A stretch of 64,000 nt of DNA from an uncultured bacterium (GTDB lineage: Bacteria > Desulfobacterota_D > UBA1144 > Nemesobacterales > UBA2774). This document shows positions 42,558 through 52,614 of this stretch, piece by piece. Numbering within the stretch: the first letter of the stretch is position 1; each line of letters opens with the position of its first letter. Made by a program: the position numbers and the translations under genes. The stretch lies in contig CAVPJU010000005.1 of NCBI GenBank assembly GCA_963705505.1, positions 1 to 64,000 on the forward strand, read 5' to 3'. The notes under the pieces were generated by a model. The model did not search any database. It was not told the origin of the DNA and saw nothing but the letters and a program-made list of their open reading frames with translations.

Positions 42558-43754
42558 TTAAAGTTTAAAACGGAGAATCGCGCCCGCGCCGTGGACGGGT
42601 TTCTTGTAGGGCTCGTCCTGGATTATCTCGACCTCGGCGCCCTGGTTGAACGCTTCCTCGATCGCGCGGTCCACAAGATCGGTCACGGGTATGGGCTCGC
42701 CGCCGCCGTTACATTTTTCACTCCCGTCCGTGAGGTAAACGCCCGAATCGGGGCATACGAATCCCGGCTGACTGAAACCTTCTTCGACGAGGAGCACCCT
42801 CACCTGGCCGTTCCTGAGCGCGTCGAGTGTGGACTTGAGCCCGTCAACGGCGTAGCCCACGGCGAGCTTGTCCGCGAATTCCTGAAGCAGCATCTTCTGC
42901 CTTTCGGCTCTGGTTCTTTCGATTATGTCGAGAGAAGCTTCCGTGACGAGAGAAGGTTTCACGCGCTCGAGGTCGATGGTTACGGTCCCCGCCAGCTTCT
43001 CCCTGATGGCGGTCGGGAGGTGGTGCGAGAATTCCGTTATGTTCTCTTCCGTCCCGCCGAGGACGAGCCAGTGAACATTCTCACTACGGCAGTAGTCCTT
43101 GAGCTTCTGAGTGATGTATTTGAAGTGCTGATGTATCTCGTTCTCTATCATCCTGTTGAAATTGAACTCGCCGAAGCCCTGGGAGAAATTCCTAGAGCCG
43201 GCCAGTGATGTCCCTTTCTTGTTGTACTTTCCCTGGGGGTTATGGAACTTCGTCGAGCGCTCCGCCGCAGGGTAGAAGTAATCGAGTACTTCCGTGGCGC
43301 CGTCGAGGCCTATGCTGAATATGCGCGCCTTTTTCCGGTCGATGAGCACGGTGACGATTCCCTTGTTCTCGTCGTCCATCTTGAAGAGCTGGCCCATTAC
43401 GGGGGAGCGGTCTATCAGTAGCTGGTTCCGGGAGAGGGAGGGGAGCTTGAGTGTCTCCCAGAGCCCGCCGCCGGAGCATGAGAAAATTGCTATGCCCCTG
43501 CATTCGGTGAGGCCGTTCGAGCTATCTACGAAGCTCTGAATCTTCGCGAGGTCCGCTTCGACCGATTCGAGGGCGTCCTTCGATAACCCCCTTTTTCCTA
43601 TTTCGTCCCTGAGCCCTTTGGCGAGGTTCTTGAGCGTAATCTTGTAGCCGAAGTTTTCCCTTTCTTTCGGGCCGAGCTTGAGATAGAGCGTCGTGACGGG
43701 ATGTTTGTCGTTAGAATATCCGCTCAGCTTATTGACCGATTCTTCGAAACCCAT
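42558..43754 (-). CDS. Bacterial aeRF1/eRF1-like (baeRF1) protein
   Basis: GIAIFS, VLIDRKKARIF, C-terminal L7Ae-like domain GQVRVLLV..GAGAILRF. Confidence 0.8.
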   Translation of the reverse strand: MGFEESVNKLSGYSNDKHPVTTLYLKLGPKERENFGYKITLKNLAKGLRDEIGKRGLSKDALESVEADLAKIQSFVDSSNGLTECRGIAIFSCSGGGLWETLKLPSLSRNQLLIDRSPVMGQLFKMDDENKGIVTVLIDRKKARIFSIGLDGATEVLDYFYPAAERSTKFHNPQGKYNKKGTSLAGSRNFSQGFGEFNFNRMIENEIHQHFKYITQKLKDYCRSENVHWLVLGGTEENITEFSHHLPTAIREKLAGTVTIDLERVKPSLVTEASLDIIERTRAERQKMLLQEFADKLAVGYAVDGLKSTLDALRNGQVRVLLVEEGFSQPGFVCPDSGVYLTDGSEKCNGGGEPIPVTDLVDRAIEEAFNQGAEVEIIQDEPYKKPVHGAGAILRFKL

Positions 43755-44509
43755 TTCTTACTCCTGTGATGATTGAATTTTACCGGCTGAGGCAGCGCGG
43801 CCCCCCTGCCGTTTTTTTAGAGTATAAGAGCATACCAGAAAGCGGGGCGATTTCGAGGGGCTAAATTTCGCGACAGGTCGGGGTAGGGTGGGTGGGATGC
43901 ACGATGCAGGATAAAAATGAGACTCTGGAACAAAGTACATGGTGATGGGCTTAAAAAAATGATATTGCCGACGTTACTCCGCGGTCTCGCAATGGCAGCG
44001 ATATACCCTAATCCTGTCCCGGACTATAAATAAATTTCTGTTATCAGCGGATTAGATATACAAATTTAAAGCGGTTTCATTTTCTTGAGCCGGAGAAGTA
44101 ATGCGGTACGTGAATTAAAGGGAACTAAATGAAATTGATATGCTAAACATCATAGTTCATGTATTACTTTAGCACTATATTTGAAGGCAGGACGGATTAT
44201 TAACGTCCAGCCGATCGCCATATACATAATTTTGGAGGTATGGGCAACCCTAATATATACGCCCGGTCGGACGAGCCTTGGATTTCTGCTATAACCAAAT
44301 AATACATTAAAACAGATATGTGTCAATTAATATATATTAATTCTGAGCATCAGTGAATACACGAAAATCGTACGCAGAGCGAATAAACCGGGGAATCCGG
44401 GAGGTCTGAAAGGAGGTGAGGGTGGATTTTGAATGAAATTTCCCGCTTCTATCGTCGGGATCGGCGGTTATACTTTTTCCTCATCCGGGCCCGAAAAGGA
44501 GCTTATCCA

Positions 44510-45145
44510 ATGGGAGCAAAAGTGAGCGCATCCGCAATGTTGCTGATTCTGGGGTCATTGTTACTGGCGCTATCGGGGCCGGGGGAGGCGCGTGCGTCGG
44601 AACCCGCTATAAACAAGCCCGCCCCCGAGTTCACGTTTACGGACATTGAAGGGACTTCGGCGAAGCTCTCCGATTTCAAGGGGAAGTTCGTGGTGCTGGA
44701 GTGGTTCAACCACGGATGCCCGTTCACGGAGAAGCACTATAAGAGCGACAAGATGCAGGACCTCCAGAGGAAGTACACGGAGGAGGGGGTAGTGTGGATC
44801 TCGATAAACTCGACCAGCGACGGTCACGCCAACTACAGGGACGCCGCGATGTCGAGGAAGGAGGCGGAGGCGTACGGAGCGTCCTCAACGTACATCGTGC
44901 TCGATCCGTCGGGGGAGATCGGGAAGCTCTACGGGGCCAAGACCACGCCCGATATTTTTATCATAAACCCCGAGGGGAAGCTCGTCTACATGGGAGCAGC
45001 CGACAGCATCGCTTCGACGGAAGTGGAGGATATACCTAAGGCGACAAACTACATCGACCTCGCCCTCACAGAAGCGCTCGCGGGGAAGCCGGTCAGTATG
45101 CCGGAGACGAAGCCCTACGGGTGCAGCGTGAAGTATAAGGAGTGA
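44510..45145 (+). CDS. Secreted thioredoxin-fold redoxin (AhpC/TSA-like)
   Basis: VVLEWFNHGCPF, YGAKTTP, PYGCSVKY. Confidence 0.9.
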   Translation: MGAKVSASAMLLILGSLLLALSGPGEARASEPAINKPAPEFTFTDIEGTSAKLSDFKGKFVVLEWFNHGCPFTEKHYKSDKMQDLQRKYTEEGVVWISINSTSDGHANYRDAAMSRKEAEAYGASSTYIVLDPSGEIGKLYGAKTTPDIFIINPEGKLVYMGAADSIASTEVEDIPKATNYIDLALTEALAGKPVSMPETKPYGCSVKYKE

Positions 45146-45235
45146 GGGAGGAATTGCGTTACAGCAATTATGGAAATGCGGTGTAAGTTAGTGCGTGCAA
45201 AGTTTCAGCAGCCCACATTCGGCGGATTATCGTTT

Positions 45236-45503
45236 TTTTCTTTTTCTTGAACAAGAAGCAAAAATCACACACGTAGTGTGGTCTTTCGAAAAGACAGCAC
45301 AGAATGAGGCTAAAAACACTATTAACGACTAAAATCTTTTAATTCCGCCCCAATTAGTATTAAGGCTTAGCGAAGCAAGACTCAATGACATAATTGCATT
45401 TAGCGAATGGCGTCCGATTCCTTGCTTGCTCGGAATCGTCCCCTAAAAGATTTTTACGTCTCGATAATCTATTTTCTTAACGCCAATTCTGTGAATGTCG
45501 GGG
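45236..45503 (+). repeat. Composite element, copy 15, single cassette (~45351-45440)
   Basis: Same modules. Confidence 0.9.
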
Positions 45504-45575
45504 AATAGACAAGGCGAGATTCCCGTTCGTGGCCGGGAATGACAGGCATGTTAAGGTACCCCTTCACCTTCATCC

Positions 45576-45666
45576 TGATTTGGTTTAGGCAACGTTGAGA
45601 CGGAAGCTAAGGAACTCCTGCGCTTTTTTGGAAAAGCGTCCGATTGCTTACCCGTGCGTAATGGTT
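45576..45666 (+). mobile_element. 91-nt structured cassette
   Basis: TGATTTGG..AGCGTCC..GTT inside a CCTTCACCTT..GGGGAGAGG hairpin. Confidence 0.65.
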
Positions 45667-45847
45667 CCACGCCGGGGAGAGGAAAATTCACGGAAAAGAC
45701 AAAGGTGAGATCCTGAATAAATTTCAGGATGACGGAAACGAATAAGACCTTTGAAAATGGTTAGCCACGGAGAATAATTTGTGTAAAATAAACTGTACTA
45801 TCCCGAACGGACGAACGAGAGGGCTCATCCGGGCAGGCGCAGGGTTT

Positions 45848-46306
45848 ATGAGGAAAATGGACGCTACGGAATATTTCGACAGGCACATTAAAGAGCATAC
45901 GGCGAACGGCAACATCCATCCCGGCGATAACTGGTACGAGCAGGATTTCCATGAGGGCAGGGATATTATCACGGGTTTTTCGGACCTCGACTGGCACGCG
46001 CTGAAAAAGATGTTCGGGAGCAGGACGCACATCTGGCAGGAGGCATGCGTCTACGTGCTCGGGGAGTCGGATGCGGAGGGTTCGGCGAGGATGCTCGCCG
46101 ACGTATTCATACGGGGGCAGGACAACATCTCGTGCTATTCGGCGGTGTTCCTTTCCGAGCGGAACCTGGACACGTTTCCCGAAGAAATGAAGCGTCAGAT
46201 CAGGTTGAGGGCGCACGAGCTCTTCAAGGACGGCGCGTACAGGCAGTACGGGGAGCATTACCGTGTGTCCCTCGAGAAGATACGCGAGAAGCTGAGGCCG
46301 GTGTAG
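45848..46306 (+). CDS. Hypothetical protein
   Basis: ORF with codon usage like neighbouring genes. Confidence 0.65.
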   Translation: MRKMDATEYFDRHIKEHTANGNIHPGDNWYEQDFHEGRDIITGFSDLDWHALKKMFGSRTHIWQEACVYVLGESDAEGSARMLADVFIRGQDNISCYSAVFLSERNLDTFPEEMKRQIRLRAHELFKDGAYRQYGEHYRVSLEKIREKLRPV

Positions 46307-46538
46307 CCGGACTCCCGCCGGAATTTCTATAAAACTTTTATTCCCCGAGACACAATCAGAGAATAACATTGAGGTGAGAGCTGATTAATTTGCAATTCGG
46401 CAATTAGCCGGGGTACATCGACTGCGGGATTGCTTGCGGCTGTTGTTCAGCAAGACAAATCTTAAATACAAAAAAGTGGATTCCCGATAGAGACATTCGG
46501 GAATGACAGAAAAATTAAGGTAATCCCCCCACCCAAAC

Positions 46539-46713
46539 TATTTTGGCTCAGGCATTGTTGAGCCGGAGATAAGCACCTTCGTTGCCTTTGTTGTAAGTGT
46601 GACCTACTTATTTTGGCTTCAATAGAGTATCCCAAGAACATTAGCATTTCAGTATTCAACCAGAGGCGACCGGATTCTCGCTTATTCGAATCCGTTGCTT
46701 GCTCGAAGCAGTT
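46539..46713 (+). mobile_element. Double-nested cassette (inner 46609-46696)
   Basis: Inner ATTTTGG..GCGACC-GGATTC-TCGCTTATTC-GAATCC-GTT inside the outer terminal hairpin. Confidence 0.7.
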
Positions 46714-47296
46714 CCCCTTAATAAGGGGAGGGAAATTAAAGGAATGGATTCCCGGCTCGTCAGGGCGTCGCCGTGGCAAGCCCGGTCGTGGTCGGGAATG
46801 ACGTCTTTCGACACGCTCAGGACGAACGGACAAGAAATTGAATCCTCTCTGACCCTCTTTATCGCACTCGGATGATGGCGGATTCAGGACAGCTGAAAAA
46901 AAGAGTGGTATACGAGGAGGGTATTGGGTACTATTTTATCCGGAAAATTAAATTTCCTCGCAAACCGCGTTAAACAAACCGAATAAGGAAGATTTCCTAC
47001 ATTCCTATCCCGGGTCCGTTCCCTCCACCTACCGCCATCTTGGATACCGGGATAGAATGTAGGACGATCTCTCCCTGTCTTAAATAATCAGGACGCTCCC
47101 CAGTTATTGCACACTCAATACAAATTTGGATCGAATCGATGACAAATTTCGTATATATATATTCATTGCGGGGAATATTCAGGAGACAAAAAGTGTTATA
47201 TTATATGAAGAGTAGGTAAATCGTGATTTCGACAAGAATGATTTTTGCCGCAGGCAAATAAAAAAAGGGTATGGGCAACCCTAATTGCGGCATTAG

Positions 47297-47333
47297 AGTG
47301 CTGCCGGGCTTAAAGCTCTGGCAGCACTTTTTT
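47297..47333 (+). terminator. Intrinsic terminator with no upstream CDS
   Basis: AGTGCTGCCGGG/CTCTGGCAGCACT plus T-run. Confidence 0.65.
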
Positions 47334-47560
47334 ATTCCTTCCCTAAAATAGAGCGGGCCCGGGTTTATAGCCTCTTTACGATAAAATAATGTAGTGATCG
47401 GTGGGAGTTGCTCAACTTCTACCCTGCTCGATATCCTCTACTTTCACTTATTTCCAACGAAGCGTATTTTCTCCAGTATAGTATTACTGGACAGAACATC
47501 ATTCAGTTTTATAATAACTAGGCTTGGTCTGACATGCTTGACAAGACTAGGAGGGGATAT

Positions 47561-47884
47561 ATGAAATATCTTGTTATGGGGACCGAGGGTCCCGGGTATT
47601 TTTCGCCCGAGGAAGAAGTCGAGGTCCTCGAAAGTGTTGTGATTCCGGCTTTCGACGAGCTCAAAGAGCTTGAGGACGAAGGGACGATCGTAGGGGGTCT
47701 TCCGGTTGGTGACCGAGCCTTCGTGTTCGTCGCGGAGGCCGATTCACACGACGATCTCGATCGGATGCTCAGGTCTCTCCCTGTATGGGGAGTGCTGGAG
47801 TGGGAAGTTACTCCGCTTCAGGATTTCGAAGCGAGGGCGAGACAGGAGCGGGGAATACTCAAGAGTTTAAAAGCAGAAGGCTGA
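47561..47884 (+). CDS. Muconolactone isomerase-like small protein
   Basis: RBS GGAGG; FVAEADSHDDLDRMLRSLPVW..EVTPL. Confidence 0.7.
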   Translation: MKYLVMGTEGPGYFSPEEEVEVLESVVIPAFDELKELEDEGTIVGGLPVGDRAFVFVAEADSHDDLDRMLRSLPVWGVLEWEVTPLQDFEARARQERGILKSLKAEG

Positions 47885-48204
47885 TATTCAAATTAGTTTG
47901 TCATACAATCTCGACCAGTACTGATCAGTAATTATTACAGCGGCGCGCGACATACATCTCGAACTGAACCTCATAAAGGCAAGTTAACTCACACAGCGGA
48001 CACGACGAACTCTCCGGAAAGACACTATCTGCCGTTCTCTATTTGTTTGTTTTGACAAGCTTGATTTCATGCCTCTGATACCGGAGTCCATGACTCCCGG
48101 TATCCGGACTAGAAAGCGTATCTCGGATTAGTGCCCATAATCCGTGCGGGGGATGTTTTCGCGTTTTAAATGCCTGTCATGTCGTGACAGGGCTCTTCGG
48201 CGAT

Positions 48205-48402
48205 TCAGGTGGACTTTTTGCTGTTTTCTATGAAGCGCTTCCAGTGATGGGGCAGCTCGTCTTCATCGAGATGCGCCCCGTCCGAGCAGTGCACACACGC
48301 CCCGCATTCGGCACATTCCTCGAGGCCGATCATGCATTCTTCGGTGCAGTGAAGCTGCTCCTTATCTCCGGATGCTCCGGGGTCTTCTTTTTTCTCGCCC
48401 AT
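48205..48402 (-). CDS. Small acidic Cys/His-rich protein
   Basis: CTEEC..CAECGACVHC. Confidence 0.55.
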   Translation of the reverse strand: MGEKKEDPGASGDKEQLHCTEECMIGLEECAECGACVHCSDGAHLDEDELPHHWKRFIENSKKST

Positions 48403-48930
48403 GATCGTTTACAGTGATAGATTAGCACATTCCGGGGCGCTTGTCTTAATTCCGCTATTGCATATATGTAAATATAGTTCATGAAAAAAAATCATGGATA
48501 TAAAAATAAAACACAGAAATATTAAGGTACACCCCCACCTGAACCCTCCCCCATCGAGGGGGAGGGAAATAAATCTGGAAGGCATGATTGCTACGGTTGC
48601 ATTAACTTTCGCTGGCTCTGCTCGCAATGCTGGATAAAAGAATGGATTCCCGATAAAGTTCTTCGGGAATGACAAGAAAGACAAATCCTCCCTAACCCTC
48701 CTTTTTCTAAGGAGGGAATTAAAGCAAAAGATGAGATTCCCGCGGTCGGCTACAACGCCCCCTCGCAATAACTGATCTATCACCCCCTATCCTTCACCTT
48801 CCCCCTTGTTAAGGGGAAGGAAATAAAAAAAAGCTCAGGACGAACGGGATGGGTTTCAAATATTGGCCGGTGCCGAGGAGTGATCGGGAGATCGTAGAAA
48901 CACACTACGTGTGTGAGTTCACAATGCGTG

Positions 48931-50361
48931 CTAGGCGCCGGTGATTTTTTCGACGAGGGATTTGCGCTCTTCTATGTCGTATCTGCGCATGACCTCGAGG
49001 CGCGTGGCTTCGGGGGAGCCGCCGCCGGATATGCTTATTACCGAGTACCATCCGCCCTGATAAGACGCCGTGATGTCCTCCAGCAGCCTCGCGATCGAAA
49101 CCCTGTAGTCGGCGGGGATGTCTTCCCTGCCCTGGAGGTAACGCGTGAGCCTTTCGCCCACAGCCGGGGATTCCATGTCCTCGGGGTAGGGGGACGAGAC
49201 GAGTATACCGCCCGCGGTGTCGTGGACGATCCTGAACATATCGTATATGTGGACGCCCTGGAGGAGCTTCCCGATGTTGGAGTAAACGGCGTCGGGGATG
49301 AAGCTGCCCGCGCGGGTTTCCTTTCCGAAAACTGCGGACGTGACGCCGCACGCGTAGGAAGATTCCACGTACTTTATGAGGTCCGAAATCTTGTCCCTGA
49401 TGTGTCCTGTTTTTTGCGGGTCGAGACCGTTCGCCTCGGCGAGAGAAACGGATGCGCCGATGAGCATGTCGCCCAGGCCCGCCCTCGCTCCGATGCAGGA
49501 GAGCCTGTGATGCGTGGCGAAGCTCTCGGTGAGAGACCCTGCCAGCTCCCATTCGCCCGCGAGGAAGACCCTGTCCCAGGGGATGAAGACGTTATCGAAA
49601 AGTATCTGCGCCGTCGCCTGGCCGTAGCGGGAAGTGAGCGGCGCGCCCGTCTCCCCGGGCCTTCCGGCCTGGCGCGAGACGAGCTCGACTCCCGCCGTAT
49701 CTATGGGGATTGCGAACGATACCGCGTAGTCTTCGTCCTCCGCCGTCATGCTGCGTGTGGGCAGTACTATTATTTCGTGCGTGTACGGGGCGCCCGTGAC
49801 TATTGCCTTGATGCCGCGGACGACAATGCCGCGGTCGTTCCTGTCGACTATGCGGAGGTAGAGGTCGGGGTCGTGCTGCTCGTGCGGTCGCTTCGAGCGG
49901 TCGCCCTTGGCGTCCGTCATGGCGACGCACGTGGTGAGGTCCGCGTCCTGCAAGTATTCGAGGTATGTGAGGAATTTTACGTGATAGTCCGTGCCGAACT
50001 GGAGGTCCAGGTTGTGAGTCGTTTCGTAGAGCGCGTTGAGCGCGTCGTGGCAGAGGTAGCGCTGGGCGCACCCTGTCTCGCGGCATAGGAGCCGCACCAT
50101 CTCGAGCTTCTTTAATAAGTCATTCTGGTTCGTGTTTATGTGGAGGAGGCGGTTTATCTTTCTGCCCGTGACGTGGGATACGGCCGTCATGGTCTCCGAG
50201 TATTCGGGCAGTAGCGCGAGCTCGTAAGTGACCGAGACCGCGTTTATGCCGGGCTTGAGCAGGGGCTCATCGGGTACGTTTTTCAGCCGTTTGCCCTTAA
50301 TGTAAACGACGGGGTTGAGCTCTCTCAGGCTTTCGACGTATTCTTCGGGGGTCTTGAGCAC
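48931..50361 (-). CDS. 4-hydroxyphenylacetate 3-hydroxylase / 4-hydroxybutyryl-CoA dehydratase family flavoprotein
   Basis: EEYVESLR, MTDAKGDRS, GIVVRGIKA, FDNVFIPWDRVF, GGGSP. Confidence 0.88.
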   Translation of the reverse strand: MLKTPEEYVESLRELNPVVYIKGKRLKNVPDEPLLKPGINAVSVTYELALLPEYSETMTAVSHVTGRKINRLLHINTNQNDLLKKLEMVRLLCRETGCAQRYLCHDALNALYETTHNLDLQFGTDYHVKFLTYLEYLQDADLTTCVAMTDAKGDRSKRPHEQHDPDLYLRIVDRNDRGIVVRGIKAIVTGAPYTHEIIVLPTRSMTAEDEDYAVSFAIPIDTAGVELVSRQAGRPGETGAPLTSRYGQATAQILFDNVFIPWDRVFLAGEWELAGSLTESFATHHRLSCIGARAGLGDMLIGASVSLAEANGLDPQKTGHIRDKISDLIKYVESSYACGVTSAVFGKETRAGSFIPDAVYSNIGKLLQGVHIYDMFRIVHDTAGGILVSSPYPEDMESPAVGERLTRYLQGREDIPADYRVSIARLLEDITASYQGGWYSVISISGGGSPEATRLEVMRRYDIEERKSLVEKITGA

Positions 50362-50494
50362 GGGCGTTTCTCCCTCGGTTTATAAAGGCACAAAACGTGA
50401 TGTGCGCCTAATTAGAGATAGTCTCATAAAGGCGGGGCTGTGTCAATCCGGGGGGGAGGGCCGGATTTACCTGCCGGGTAAAGGCGAAGGTAAT

Positions 50495-50960
50495 TTCTTC
50501 GTTGTCTTTCCTGAAATGAATTCAGGACAGGGATGCAAAGAAGCAAAAATCACACACGTAGTGTGTTTCATGAAAAGACAGCACAGAATTTGGCTAAAAA
50601 TATCTTATTCAGGCTAAAATCTTTCAATTCCTCCCTAATTAGCATCGTGGCTTACAATGAAGTAAGAGTAATGACGTTATTGCATTTAGGAAAGGGCGTC
50701 CGATTCATTTTGTTTTCTGCCGCTGCTGAACCAAACATTTGCATTGATGCACTCAGCGTAGGGCGTCCGGTTGTTCGGTTTTTGATTTTTTTACTTGGTG
50801 CCCAATACATTTGCTTTATTGAAATCTACCACTGGCGTCCAGTTCTTACGCTTGCTCAGAACGTCGCTCACAACCGTTACTTGCTCGGAATCGTCCCCTG
50901 AAACATTTTTTTCGTGCGTTAACATCCGATTTCTTAACGCCAATTCTGTGAATGTCGGGA
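50495..50960 (+). repeat. Composite element, copy 16, triple-nested cassettes (~50636-50895)
   Basis: Same inner cassettes as copies 8 and 10. Confidence 0.9.
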
Positions 50961-51046
50961 AGAAAAAGGCGAAAGACGAGATTGCCGCGGTTGCTTTGCA
51001 ACCTCGCAATGACAGATGAGAAACGAGATCCAGAATAGATCCCGGA

Positions 51047-51136
51047 TTTTTTGGATTGATAGACGAATGACCGTGGAACAGGTTCGCTGTCACATTTAGC
51101 CAAAGGCGCCCCATTCCTCGCTCATCCGAAATTGTA
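51047..51136 (+). mobile_element. Degenerate structured cassette within CCCGGA..TCCGGG
   Basis: TTTTTTGG..GGCGCCC..TCGCTCATCC..GT. Confidence 0.45.
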
Positions 51137-51220
51137 GTCCGGGACATAGTTCAGGATGACTGTAAATGGATTCCCGATCGTAGTCGGGAATGACAGGAAT
51201 TTTAAGGTACTCCCTCACCT

Positions 51221-51312
51221 TAATTTGGATTAAGGAACAATTAGCCGGAGGTCCAGTAGCTTAAGTGCGGTTACGGTAAGATGTCCTATTTCTCCTATTT
51301 GTCGAAATAGTT
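51221..51312 (+). mobile_element. 92-nt structured cassette
   Basis: TAATTTGG..ATGTCC-TATTTC..GAAATA-GTT. Confidence 0.65.
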
Positions 51313-51360
51313 CCCTCCCTCGTGGGGGAGAGGAAATCAAACAAGGAAAGGAATTAATAA

Positions 51361-51789
51361 TCACAAGCGCGGGCGTTCGCTCTCGATTATTTCGGCGACG
51401 TCCGACATTTCCTTCCCGAGGAGAAAGATGACGTCGTCGAGCGTTATTATGCCCTTGATCGCGCCGTGATTGTCCACGATCGGAAAGCGCCTCACGCTGC
51501 TGCCGCTCTCCTTTATCTGCTCGAGGGCTTCGTATAAGCCCGTCCCCTGGTTAAGGGTTACAAGCTCGAGGGACATTATATCGGCTACCAAACATTTCGC
51601 CGGGTCAAGACCCTTGTTGACTACCCGTATCACGACGTCCCTGTCTGTGACGATGCCGACCGGCCTGTCGTTCTGAATGACGACTACGCTCCCTACGTTC
51701 TTTTCTTCCATAAGCTGTGTCGCTTCTATTACTTTTGTTTTGATGTCTACACAGGCTATCTCTCTGCGGCATAAAGTTTCAAGACTCAT
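51361..51789 (-). CDS. CBS-domain protein
   Basis: VGSVVV, GIVTDRD, GIITLDD. Confidence 0.92.
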   Translation of the reverse strand: MSLETLCRREIACVDIKTKVIEATQLMEEKNVGSVVVIQNDRPVGIVTDRDVVIRVVNKGLDPAKCLVADIMSLELVTLNQGTGLYEALEQIKESGSSVRRFPIVDNHGAIKGIITLDDVIFLLGKEMSDVAEIIESERPRL

Positions 51790-52043
51790 GTGAATGTCCC
51801 TCCTTCTTATATTTTAACACGCGGCTGCGCGCCGGTCTCGTATTATTGTGCAATGTGTGTGCCGCGGGCGAGGGAATTCCATAACCTGCTGTGGAGAAAG
51901 GAATATTCCGCTTTCTTCATGCTCATACCCCGTAATGTGTCAGCTTTCGAGTGTCAGTATTCAGGACATACGACGAAGGATGCGGCGGGGGAGGGGCACA
52001 AATAGGGTTATGCATCGGGGGAAAACTCGGTCAAACTATTAAC

Positions 52044-52553
52044 GTGACGGTCAGGGTAAGGCGGGAGAAGCCTGTGGATATATGGGATATATATAATATC
52101 AACCTCCTCGCGTTCGGCAGGGCGGACGAGGGGAGGCTAGTCGACAGGCTGAGAGGGGAGGCTAGTCCCTTCATATCGCTCGTCGCCGAGGACGGGGACA
52201 GAGCTGCCGTGGGACATATTCTATTCACTCCCGTCACAGTGGGGGACTCTCCGCTGAGGGCCGCAGGTCTCGGGCCGATGTCGGTGCTGCCGGAGCGTCA
52301 GGGGATGGGCACGGGGTCCGTGCTCATAAAGGAGGGGCTCGTAGCCTGCGCCGGAGAGGGGATAGAGGCCGTGTTCGTCCTGGGGCACCCGGAGTACTAC
52401 TCGAAGTTCGGGTTCCGGCACGCGTCCGGGAAGGGGATTTACTGGAAGAGCGAAGAGTTCGCCCCTTATTTCTTCGTCATCGAGCTTGCAGACGGGGCGC
52501 TCGACGGTGTAACCGGGGAGGCGAAGTATCACCCGGCATTCGATGAAGTGTGA
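52044..52553 (+). CDS. GNAT N-acetyltransferase (YhbS-like)
   Basis: VGHILFT, LGPMSVLPERQGMGTG, VLGHPEYYSKFGF; start uncertain. Confidence 0.88.
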   Translation: MTVRVRREKPVDIWDIYNINLLAFGRADEGRLVDRLRGEASPFISLVAEDGDRAAVGHILFTPVTVGDSPLRAAGLGPMSVLPERQGMGTGSVLIKEGLVACAGEGIEAVFVLGHPEYYSKFGFRHASGKGIYWKSEEFAPYFFVIELADGALDGVTGEAKYHPAFDEV

Positions 52554-52614
52554 GGCGGGGAGATGGCGGGGCGGAGGAGTGGGGGTCGTTGAGCAGCGCA
52601 CATTCGGCGGATTA

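Noticed and set aside
44325..44342. Perfect palindrome AATTAATATATATTAATT
   Set aside because: Low-complexity AT sequence with no other support.
48913..50088. Long antisense or alternate-frame ORFs (also 2233-3294, 53319-54185, 61995-63017)
   Set aside because: They overlap well-supported genes and are expected from GC-rich codon usage.
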